Shown here: piece by piece, positions 18,512 through 27,068 of the stretch
How the letters are laid out: the number at the start of each line of letters is the position of its first letter
Position numbering within the stretch: the stretch's first letter is position 1
Source of the DNA: Thermodesulfobacteriota bacterium
Lineage (GTDB): Bacteria; Desulfobacterota; Binatia; Bin18
NCBI GenBank assembly: GCA_964291405.2
Contig: OZ219926.1
Span: 480,001 to 544,000, forward strand
DNA length: 64,000 nt
Direction: 5' to 3'
Notes under the pieces: model-generated
What the model saw: only the letters and a program-made list of their open reading frames with translations
What the model was told of the DNA's origin: nothing
The model's database searches: none
Made by a program: the position numbers and the translations under genes

Positions 18512-19648
18512 TTACCGTGCACCAAAGAAGCGCCGCTTGTCCTCAGTGACCCGCGTCTCGTACTTCCGTTCGAGTAAGGCACTGGGCACGTAGAGGGGTT
18601 CGAGGCGTTGGCGCGTCTCCCAGACCTGCTCGCAGGCGGTGACGAGGTGCTTCAGTTGTTCGGGGAATAGTCCTTGAAAGCCGTCTGATTTGGCAATGAG
18701 CGGATTGGGATGGCATTCGACCAGGACGATAGAGGCTCCGGCCATGATGCCGGCCAGGGTCATGGGATGCACCAGATCGCGCAAACCGGTTCCGTGCGAA
18801 GCGTCTATGGCAATCGGCAGACAGGACAATTGATAATGGAAGGCTGCCACTCCACCCAGGTCCAGGGTATTGCGCGTGTATTTATTGGCGCTCAGGATTC
18901 CCCGCTCGCACAGGATGACGTTTTCCTTGCCCAGGGCCATCACCCGCTCGACCCACAATAAATAGGCCTCCATGTCCAGGGAGTTGCCACGTTTATGGAT
19001 GATGGGCAGCGACGTGTCACGCAAGCGGTTCAGCAATGCCTGATTTTTGGCATTGGGCTCCCCGATTTGGAAGCAGTCCACTCCCAAGTCCTCGTATATA
19101 GGCACGTCGCCTGGGTCGAGAACTTCAACAACGGTCGGCAACTCGAATGCCCGTCCGGCTTTGACGATCAGATTGAGACCGTTGCGCAAAGCCTCGTCGG
19201 AGCTCGATCCAATGCCCTCCCAGCCGCTATACGGACTGGAACGGTATTTGACCACCCCGCCACGCAGCACTTTCCCCCCGGCTTCTTTGACAATCCGGGC
19301 GGCTTCCATAATCTGGGCCTCACTCTCAACCGAGCACGGGCCGGCAATGACCGTAATTTCGTCGCCCCCAACCTCGACCTCACCGATCTGGACGCGCTGA
19401 TGCATGAGGTTGTCGGGCGAGCCCTTTTGCGCCGCTCGTTTATACGCTCGCGAGATAGGAATCAGACTCTCTACGCCGCCCATTTCTTGGACTTCGCCAG
19501 TCGGCAGGCGGGTAATATCTCCATACACCCCGATCAGGGTAATCTCCTCACCAACCATTTTGCCGGTTTTATAGCCCCAGCCATGCAGTTTTTTTTCAAC
19601 AGCGGTAACTTCGTCTTGGGTTGCCCGCTTCGTCATTTTAATCAGCAT
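18512..19648 (-). CDS. aroF: DAHP synthase, type I-beta, with N-terminal regulatory domain and atypical active-site motifs
   Basis: IAGPCSVES, KRG, LCERG, DASHGTG, ECHPNP, SDG present; but KYRS replaces KPRT and GEPN replaces GARN. Confidence 0.75.
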   Translation of the reverse strand: MLIKMTKRATQDEVTAVEKKLHGWGYKTGKMVGEEITLIGVYGDITRLPTGEVQEMGGVESLIPISRAYKRAAQKGSPDNLMHQRVQIGEVEVGGDEITVIAGPCSVESEAQIMEAARIVKEAGGKVLRGGVVKYRSSPYSGWEGIGSSSDEALRNGLNLIVKAGRAFELPTVVEVLDPGDVPIYEDLGVDCFQIGEPNAKNQALLNRLRDTSLPIIHKRGNSLDMEAYLLWVERVMALGKENVILCERGILSANKYTRNTLDLGGVAAFHYQLSCLPIAIDASHGTGLRDLVHPMTLAGIMAGASIVLVECHPNPLIAKSDGFQGLFPEQLKHLVTACEQVWETRQRLEPLYVPSALLERKYETRVTEDKRRFFGAR

Positions 19649-19717
19649 AGTTATACCTCAGCGATTGCTTGCTCCAGCAAGAGAAGAGAAAAGACAAAAA
19701 TAGGCCTGCGATATGAA

Positions 19718-19744
19718 CAAAAAAGATGTGCCCCCTAGGGGGCA
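19718..19744 (-). terminator. Terminator-like hairpin downstream of the leader peptide (candidate attenuator)
   Basis: Perfect palindrome TGCCCCCTAGGGGGCA (19729-19744) followed on the minus strand by CATCTTTTTTG. Confidence 0.6.
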
Positions 19745-19794
19745 AAATAGAAAGCGAAGGAAAACGGTGAAGAAGAGAGCCGATCCGCCATCAT
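19735..19794 (-). CDS. Putative aromatic amino acid leader peptide MMADRLSSSPFSFAFYFAP
   Basis: 19 codons with 4 Phe and 1 Tyr within 7 codons; stop codon ends ~86 bp upstream of the DAHP synthase start; TTGACA at 19826-19831 (minus). Confidence 0.65.
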   Translation of the reverse strand: MMADRLSSSPFSFAFYFAP

Positions 19795-19859
19795 CTTTCT
19801 ACCACTACCGCTTCTGCTGAAGCGTTGTCAATATGGCTGACCGGGGAAACAGGTGCCGC

Positions 19860-21289
19860 TTACCGAGGCTGCAACGTCATCATCACTGGTCGATTCGGGC
19901 GCAAGGTAAAAACAGGATCAGGCTCAACCGTACAGCCGGGAATCAAGCTCAGTCGATATTTTTGGCCCACCGTTGCCAGGACGAGCTGGGCTTCCATGAG
20001 GGCAAAGGTATTGCCAATACATTGATGCGGACCCCCGCCAAACGGGAAGTAGGCGTAGCGCTGACGTTCAGCCACCTGTTCGGGCGTAAAGCGTTCGGGT
20101 TCAAAACCCTCCGGATTGTCCCAGATATCAGGCCGCCGGTGGGTGACGTACGGGCTGACGATCATTATTCCGCCCTTCTGAATCTTGAAGCGACCAATCA
20201 CATCATCCGCGACGATGCCGCGACCTATCGCCCAGGCCGCCGGATACAGCCGCATGGTCTCTTCAATAATCATGCGGCTGTATGGGAGTTGGGACAGGTC
20301 TGCGGCGTTTGGCGCACGGCCTCCGAGTACCGTATCCAATTCGGCGTGCAGCTTACGTGCCACCTCTGGATGTTTGGAGAGGAGATACCAGACCCAGGCC
20401 AGCGTGACGGCGGTCGTTTCGTTGCCCGCGCCAATAAAAGTCGTGACCTCATTACGGAGTTCCTGATCGGTTAAGCCCTCGCCGGTCTCTTCGTCTCTCG
20501 CGGCCAGCAACATGCCCAGCAAATCGTTTGGTCCGTCGGTGTTCAGCGCGAGGTTCTTGCGGCGTTCCCGAATAATGCCGAAGACTCTCTCATCGGACAG
20601 CTGCGCGGCTTTCTGAAGACGTCGATTGGCCGGAGTTGGGACCCAGAGCGGCAGGGAGAGCGGGCGCCGCGTGCGCCGACTCAGATATTCCAGGGTGATC
20701 CGCGACCACTGCCGCATCTCATCGGTATCAGTCGCACTGAGATCGGTACTGAACAGCGCCCGGCCGACAATCGTCGTGGCCAAGTCCTGCATTTCGGTCA
20801 TTACATCAAGGGGTTTGTCTGCCTGCTGGACTCTGGCCCAGCGCTCCAGCATGGCCGTGGTCTCATCGACCATGGTTGTCGCAAAATTCTCAATCTGCCG
20901 GCGGTGAAACGCGGGCTGAGCCAGCCTCCGCCGTCGGCGCCAGACCTCACCCTCGCTGGTGATGAGGCCGTTGCCAAAGACCTGCTTCACCACTTCATTG
21001 AAAGCAGATTGCCTACTGTAGTTGTGATTATTGCCCTGTAAGACGTGTTGGACGTCGTCTGGATGACTAACAAAGTAAAACTGCCACGCTCCGGCCCCCA
21101 TGCGGACAACATCCCCATACTCTCGCGCCAGGTCTATATAGATACGTGTCAGGTCACGGGGTGAGCCAAACACAAGAAAAGAAAGGAAGCCGAGGAGATT
21201 TGTGGGGGGCCGGGAGGGTCGATTATCACTTGTGACTGAGCGGGTCGTGAGTGAAGTTCGGGCTCGACCGCTTGGGCATCAGTTTGCAT
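19860..21289 (-). CDS. Cytochrome P450 with an apparent frameshift near the 5' end
   Basis: AGNETT, EETMRLYP, FEPERF, FGGGPHQCIG heme motif. The ATG at 21289 has a GGAGG RBS and reads ...DPPGPP, but is out of frame by one base across the G6 run at 21204-21209. Confidence 0.88.
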
Positions 21290-21418
21290 CTCCTGCCTCC
21301 TTGGGGGATATATGTTTGGACTCGGATCGGCTAAATAGTCTGTATTCGTGCCTCGGTTTGGCTGATAATGAGCCTAACACAGGGAGCAGAGAAAATCCTG
21401 GAAAAACAACGCTATTCC

Positions 21419-21445
21419 GGTAGTGTTATGGTAGTATTTCGGTAG
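21419..21445. promoter_or_regulatory. Three GGTAG direct repeats with 11-bp period (candidate wHTH operator)
   Basis: GGTAG at 21419, 21430 and 21441, between the divergent P450 and regulator genes. Confidence 0.45.
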
Positions 21446-21453
21446 CGTCACCA

Positions 21454-22227
21454 GTGACCCCAGACCGACATTACGTCTTTCCGCCCTTTCGCCTCGACCC
21501 AACTAATGCCTGCTTGTGGCGAGACAGTATCCGTATTGCTCTTCGCCCCACCCCTTTTGCCATTCTTCGGTATTTCATCGAACATCCCGGGCAGCTTGTG
21601 ACCAAGGAAGAACTCCTCCGTGCTGTCTGGGCCGACACGCAGGTCAGCGCCGCTGTTCTCAAAGGATATATTCAGCAGATTCGTAAAGCTTTGGGGGATG
21701 ACGCGAGAGCGCCACGATTTATTGAGACCGTCCAACGGCGTGGCTATCGCTTCATCGCCCCACTCACCATAGCCCAGCTCCCCCCACGTCTTGATTCCCC
21801 AGGACAGCAACCGCTCTCCTCCACTCCCCAATCCGCCACTCTCGTGGGCAGAGAAAAAGAACTGGTCCAATTACAGACGTGGTTTGAAGTCGCTCAGTCC
21901 GGTCAGCGCCAGATTGTCTTTGTGAGCGGTGAACCAGGTATTGGGAAGACAACTTTAGTTGAGGCGTTTCTTGAGCGTATTGGTCGCATCGACGGTCAAC
22001 GTCAACGCATTGCTCGCGGACAGTGTGTCGAATCGTATGGCACTGGAGAAGCCTACTTGCCTATCCTTGAAGCACTGGGCCGTTTGTGCCGCGTTGGAGA
22101 GCACGAACAGGACAACTCAATCCTGGCCGAGCGGATTACGGGCAAACTCGATGTGCGTAAGGCAGCGGTCCATCTGCCCGACGCCGAGCCTACCCAACTC
22201 AGACGAACTTCCCTGGAGAGACCTTGA
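21454..22227 (+). pseudogene. Truncated winged-helix (OmpR/CadC-like) plus AAA-ATPase transcriptional regulator
   Basis: PGQLVTKEELL..VW and PRFIETVQRRGYRF; LVGRE; Walker A GEPGIGKT; ends before any Walker B or TPR region and has a foreign C-terminus. Confidence 0.7.
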
Positions 22228-22567
22228 AGATTTTGGCCAGTTTGCGGGCTGTTTTCATACTCACCGGGCGGAGGCCACGTTCCATATTAGACACATGTTG
22301 ACGAGGAATCCCCCCGAGCATTTCGCCTAATCGGGCTTGCGTCAGCCCATGATTCTCTCGGTATATCTTGAGGACATCACCCGGAGTGGTCTTTGATTGA
22401 ATCTCTCGATACCACTCGGTTGCAAAAACATCCAAGACCTCCTCATCACTCTCCTCTGTAAGAAGCAGCTCTTTGCCAAATTCTTCTTCCAAAACCGCAA
22501 TCAGCTTAGGGGGGAGTTCCCCCCTGATGTTGACCTCAATACGGGGCGTTTTCACGACTGCCTGCAT
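22199..22567 (-). CDS. XRE-family HTH antitoxin (HigA-like)
   Basis: Start ATG 22567 with GAGGTG RBS; LKIYRENHGLTQARLGEMLGGIPRQHVSNMERG.RPVS is an HTH. Confidence 0.8.
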   Translation of the reverse strand: MQAVVKTPRIEVNIRGELPPKLIAVLEEEFGKELLLTEESDEEVLDVFATEWYREIQSKTTPGDVLKIYRENHGLTQARLGEMLGGIPRQHVSNMERGLRPVSMKTARKLAKIFKVSPGKFV

Positions 22568-22799
22568 AGGACACCTCAATGATGACGGAATTGCGCTCAT
22601 GAGACCAGCAAGCCACCCAACTATGGGCGAGGTGGCAATGGTATTGATCTTTTCCCAGTTTGCTGAAATTTGGCCAATCATTTCTTATTGGACCCTTGTC
22701 ACGTAAATCTTCTACAAGATTGGCCATCTTCTTCTGAATAGGCTCAGGCATTCTGCTTATGCTCTTGAGCGTTTTTCTCTTGATGATGACCTTATACAT
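22536..22799 (-). CDS. RelE/HigB-like toxin
   Basis: Small basic protein (YKVIIKRKTLK...YHCHL...EVSYAGSRENAPY) upstream of and overlapping the HTH gene; start 22799 or 22808. Confidence 0.72.
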   Translation of the reverse strand: MYKVIIKRKTLKSISRMPEPIQKKMANLVEDLRDKGPIRNDWPNFSKLGKDQYHCHLAHSWVACWSHERNSVIIEVSYAGSRENAPY

Positions 22800-22806
22800 A
22801 TTGAGC

Positions 22807-22829
22807 ATGTAACCGTTATTTGATTACAT
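22807..22829. promoter_or_regulatory. Palindromic operator in the toxin-antitoxin promoter
   Basis: ATGTAACC-N7-GATTACAT inverted repeat with one mismatch, just upstream of the toxin. Confidence 0.5.
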
Positions 22830-23077
22830 AGCAAGACGACTCCAGCGAAGGTAAAACTCGAACTGTCCCTCTTCAGGGTATGCGCCTGACACGGGGATAA
22901 AGGACAATCCCAGGAAAGCAACGCACCCGCGTACTTTTAACCTACCGCTCTTTATCATCGGCAATTATATTTGCGTTCTGAAAAAGAATGATTATTGAAA
23001 AGAACGGAACGCTCTAGGCACCGGAGGGTGGACTCTGCCTGCTTGTGCCTGTTTTGATACTGGAAGAGGAGAAAACA

Positions 23078-25042
23078 ATGGGGGAACAATCGAATCAGAC
23101 CGCTGAGACGTTTGCCTTTCAGGCGGAAACCAAACAACTGCTGAATCTCGTTATTCACTCGCTCTATACCAATAAGGATATTTTCCTGCGCGAGCTGATC
23201 TCGAACGCGTCGGATGCGTTGGACAAACTGCGCTTTGAGTCGCTGACGAAGCCTGAGCTGTTGCCAGACGCGGCCGCGCTCGAAATTCGCCTGGAAGTAG
23301 ATAAACAGAGCCGCACGCTCACCATTACCGACAACGGTATTGGCATGAGCCGGGACGAGGTGGTGAGCAATATCGGGACGATTGCCAAATCCGGTACGCG
23401 CGCCCTGCTCGAACAGGTGCGGCAGGACGGACAGTCGCCGGAAGCCTTATCAGAGTTGATTGGCCGTTTTGGCGTTGGTTTTTACTCGGCGTTTATGGTG
23501 GCGGATAAGGTAACCCTGATCACCCGCCGCGCTGGCGAGGACGCCGCCACGGAGTGGGAATCCACGGGAGACGGCGAGTATTCACTGCTAGCAGCCGAGC
23601 GTCCTCAGAGCGGGACCTCAATCGCCCTCCAACTCAAGCCGGCGGACCCTGAAAACGGGATTGAGGATTTCACGGACTCCTGGGTACTGAACAGTATTGT
23701 GAAACGGCACTCCGATTTTGTCACCTATCCGATTAAGAACAAGCAGGAACGTGAAGAAATCGAACGGGATGATGAGGGCAAGCCCAAGGAAGGCGCGCAA
23801 CCGACCATTGTGGTGGAAGACAAGACCCTCAACTCCATGAAGCCCATCTGGACGCGGACACCGTCCGAGGTCACAGAAGACGAATATACCGAGTTCTACA
23901 AGCATATTGCCCACGACTGGAATCCACCGCTCAAGACGCTCAATTTTCGGGCCGAGGGACGCTTTGAGTTTCAGGCTCTGGTTTTCTTGCCCTCACAAGC
24001 CCCATTCGATCTCGCCTTTCATGCCTCGCCGTTCGGGCTCCAACTCTACGCCCAACGGGTCATGATCATGGAGCAGTGCGAAGACCTCATTCCGCGCTAT
24101 CTTCGTTTTCTGAAAGGCGTAGTTGATTCCGCTGACCTGCCACTGAATGTTTCGCGCCAACGGCTCCAGCAGGATCGGCATATTACCCAAATCCGTAATT
24201 GGTTGACCAAAAAAGTGCTGGACTCGTTGAGCACCCTCGCCCAGCAGGATGCGGAGGCTTATCTCAAGTTTTGGGAACAATTTGGTCGGGTCCTCAAAGA
24301 GGGACTGAGTACGGACTTTGAGAATAAAGACCGTATCGCCCCGCTGCTGCTCTTTCCTTCCTCCAAAGACCCGGAAAAGCTCGTCAGTTTGAAAGACTAC
24401 GTCGAACGCATGCCCCTCGCTCAGCCGGAGATTTTCTATTTAACTGGCGAATCCCGGAGCGCGGTTGAGAACTCTCCGCATGTGGAAGCCTTTAAGCAGA
24501 AAGGGCATGAAGTCTTGTATTTGATTGACCCGGTGGATGAGCTCGTCGTGCAATCCCTGACCGAGTTCGAGGGAAAAAAGCTCAAGTCCATTGGGAAAGG
24601 CACGGTCCACATCGGCAGCGAGAGCGAACGGGAGGCGGCAGAGCAAGAGCTTAAACAGAAGTCCGAGGGCTATACGGATTTACTCCAAACGCTCCAGAAA
24701 ATGCTGGACGAACATATTAAAGAAGTCCGCTTGTCCAATCGGCTGACGGCATCTCCCGTCTGTCTAGTCAGCGAGGAGAGCGACCCGAGCCCTCAAATGG
24801 AACGGCTGTTACGCCAGGCTCAGCAAGACCTGCCCAAACAAAAGCGGATCATGGAGCTGAATCCGACCCATCCCCTCTTGGAGAAACTCCAAGCGCGCTT
24901 TCAACATGACAACGATGACCCACACCTGAAGATCTACGCCGAGTTGCTGTTTGGCTATGGCCTCCTGGCCGAGGGTTCGGAACTCCCCGACCCGGTGCGT
25001 TTCAATACCCACCTGGTGGAACTGATGGCGACCAACCTGTAG
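23078..25042 (+). CDS. htpG: Molecular chaperone HtpG (Hsp90)
   Basis: FQAE, SLYTNKDIFLRELISNASDA, DNGIGM, GTIAKSGT, GRFGVGFYS; RBS GAGGAG. Confidence 0.96.
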   Translation: MGEQSNQTAETFAFQAETKQLLNLVIHSLYTNKDIFLRELISNASDALDKLRFESLTKPELLPDAAALEIRLEVDKQSRTLTITDNGIGMSRDEVVSNIGTIAKSGTRALLEQVRQDGQSPEALSELIGRFGVGFYSAFMVADKVTLITRRAGEDAATEWESTGDGEYSLLAAERPQSGTSIALQLKPADPENGIEDFTDSWVLNSIVKRHSDFVTYPIKNKQEREEIERDDEGKPKEGAQPTIVVEDKTLNSMKPIWTRTPSEVTEDEYTEFYKHIAHDWNPPLKTLNFRAEGRFEFQALVFLPSQAPFDLAFHASPFGLQLYAQRVMIMEQCEDLIPRYLRFLKGVVDSADLPLNVSRQRLQQDRHITQIRNWLTKKVLDSLSTLAQQDAEAYLKFWEQFGRVLKEGLSTDFENKDRIAPLLLFPSSKDPEKLVSLKDYVERMPLAQPEIFYLTGESRSAVENSPHVEAFKQKGHEVLYLIDPVDELVVQSLTEFEGKKLKSIGKGTVHIGSESEREAAEQELKQKSEGYTDLLQTLQKMLDEHIKEVRLSNRLTASPVCLVSEESDPSPQMERLLRQAQQDLPKQKRIMELNPTHPLLEKLQARFQHDNDDPHLKIYAELLFGYGLLAEGSELPDPVRFNTHLVELMATNL

Positions 25043-25055
25043 GTTTGGGACCGGC

Positions 25056-25553
25056 ATGCCTTTTCGCATTGGTCAGGGCGTAGATATTCACCGGCTCGTG
25101 CCGGGACGCAAGCTGATTCTGGGCGGTGTTGAGGTCCCGTGGGAGAAGGGCCTCCTGGGCCACTCCGATGCCGATGTCGTCTGTCATGCTCTGAGCAACG
25201 CGCTCTTGGGCGCCCTGGGCGAAGGAGACATCGGCCAGCATTTCCCGGATTCCGATCCTCGTTATCGTGGCGTGTCAAGCCTTGCCCTGCTGCGGGTTGT
25301 CATGGAGAAAGTTAAAGCCCAGGGCTACCGCGTGTGCAACGCGGATTTAACCATTCTTGCACAACGGCCAAAGCTCGCCGCCTATAAAGATGCCATGCGT
25401 CAGAACATGGCGGAAGTCCTGGAGGTCGAGCCATCGGCTACGAACATTAAAGCGACCACGGGCGAGACTCTGGGCTTTATCGGGCGCGCAGAAGGCATGC
25501 GGGCCGAGGCCGTTGTCCTTCTGGAGGCCGCTCCCACCGGGACGCCCGACTAG
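25056..25553 (+). CDS. ispF: 2-C-methyl-D-erythritol 2,4-cyclodiphosphate synthase
   Basis: RIGQGVDIH, LGHSDADV, GDIGQHFPD, KATT.E.LGFIGR.EG. Confidence 0.95.
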   Translation: MPFRIGQGVDIHRLVPGRKLILGGVEVPWEKGLLGHSDADVVCHALSNALLGALGEGDIGQHFPDSDPRYRGVSSLALLRVVMEKVKAQGYRVCNADLTILAQRPKLAAYKDAMRQNMAEVLEVEPSATNIKATTGETLGFIGRAEGMRAEAVVLLEAAPTGTPD

Positions 25554-25611
25554 GGCCGTGCCGCCCCGTCTACGAGAGCTTTCCAACCGATCAGCAGGGT
25601 AGGACCGAGGC

Positions 25612-27042
25612 CTATTTGAGCGGTTTGGCGGAAAAGCCGTCGTCGCTATACGACAGCAGCGCCCGTTTGCTGTTGACGACCGTCTCCAACACGACCTCAT
25701 GGCCCCACAGGCGATGCAGGTAGGAAATCGCTTTCTCCGCATATTCGAGCTGGAGGTCGCGCCCTTCGTGGTGATGTTTGACGTACAGGCTACGGTTCTG
25801 ATTGTAATCCGCGTCTTCAACTTTAATGACCGGCACCCCGCCCATGCCCACGTTCTTGATCAGGGTTTCTTTGATGTCGCGCCAGTCTTCTTTATCTGAA
25901 ACCTTGGAGATCACGAGGTCCTCGCCACGTGGCTCATATTCGAACATGTCCATTTCGCGCATGAGTTCTTCGGTCAGAAAGCGGCGCAGGAAAGAGGCAT
26001 CCCGGTCCACTTCACGGGCTTCGAAAATCGCTTGGGTGCCGGTTTTGGTTGGCCGGCCATATTTTTCGATCTCCTCCGGAGTCGGATCGTCGTGGCGGCG
26101 TTTAATATCATCCCACACTTTGAGACCCAGGTAATAAGGGTTCAGGCCCTTGGGAAAGGGACGCACAACCTGGTTATGTCGGACGAGAAATTCCAGATAC
26201 AAATCCTGGGGGAGATCGAGGCTGTTCATGATTTCGCGGTGCCAGTAGCTGGCCCAGCCCTCGTTCATGATCTTCGTCTCCATCTGGGGAATAAAATACT
26301 GGGCGGTCTCGTGCACAATAGTCAGCAGGTCACGCTCCCAATCGCTCAGCTTATCGTTATGGTCACGAATAAACAGCAAGAGATCCTCTTCTGGAGAAGC
26401 CGGCAGTTTGTTGAGGTTCGGGACTTCGACATCTTCCTGCTGGTGCAGGTCTGCAAACGGATCATCCGCGGGGCGCGCGGCCTCTACCATCCTCTCCCGC
26501 TGCTCTCGTAGCGTGAGCTTTTTGATCGCAAGATTCCGCCGGCACTGCAACGAGAGACCGTGGGCGGCATCCAAAATCCATTCGACTTTTTCAACGCCAA
26601 TAGAAGGATCCTCAAGATAGGAGCGGACCCGATCGGCCTGGACCTTGAAGCGACTGATGGTGTGCTCAGACTGAGTACTTTTGAAGGTGAAATTGTTTTT
26701 GAAAAAATCGTTATGGCCGTAGACATGGGCAATCGTCAGAACCTGGAGACAAAACGAGTTGTCGGTCATCAAGTAGGCGATCGACGGGTCAGAGTTGATG
26801 ACCATCTCATACGGCAAGCCGGACACCCCGTAGTCGTACATGGTTTTGAGCTTCTCAAAGCTCTTCCCATAGGACCAATGCGGATAGTGCGACGGCATAC
26901 CCGAATAGGCCATATAGCCCAGCATCTGGTTATGGTCACAGACTTCAAACTCTTGATCAAAACAGGATAAGCCGAACTCCTGGACCTTGACGCGAATTTT
27001 TTCGTCCCAGCCCTCCAGGTCTTTCACATTCCACTCAGCCAT
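25612..27042 (-). CDS. spoVR: SpoVR/YcgB family protein
   Basis: YPHWSYGK, YEMVINSDP, AHVYGHNDFFKNN, TKIMNEGWASYWH. Confidence 0.92.
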   Translation of the reverse strand: MAEWNVKDLEGWDEKIRVKVQEFGLSCFDQEFEVCDHNQMLGYMAYSGMPSHYPHWSYGKSFEKLKTMYDYGVSGLPYEMVINSDPSIAYLMTDNSFCLQVLTIAHVYGHNDFFKNNFTFKSTQSEHTISRFKVQADRVRSYLEDPSIGVEKVEWILDAAHGLSLQCRRNLAIKKLTLREQRERMVEAARPADDPFADLHQQEDVEVPNLNKLPASPEEDLLLFIRDHNDKLSDWERDLLTIVHETAQYFIPQMETKIMNEGWASYWHREIMNSLDLPQDLYLEFLVRHNQVVRPFPKGLNPYYLGLKVWDDIKRRHDDPTPEEIEKYGRPTKTGTQAIFEAREVDRDASFLRRFLTEELMREMDMFEYEPRGEDLVISKVSDKEDWRDIKETLIKNVGMGGVPVIKVEDADYNQNRSLYVKHHHEGRDLQLEYAEKAISYLHRLWGHEVVLETVVNSKRALLSYSDDGFSAKPLK

Positions 27043-27068
27043 ACCTGCTCCTCTGCCGCCCGGTGTCC

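Noticed and set aside
23012-23042. Weak inverted repeat (TAGGCA...TGCCTG) upstream of htpG as a CIRCE element
   Set aside because: Does not match TTAGCACTC-N9-GAGTGCTAA in sequence or spacing
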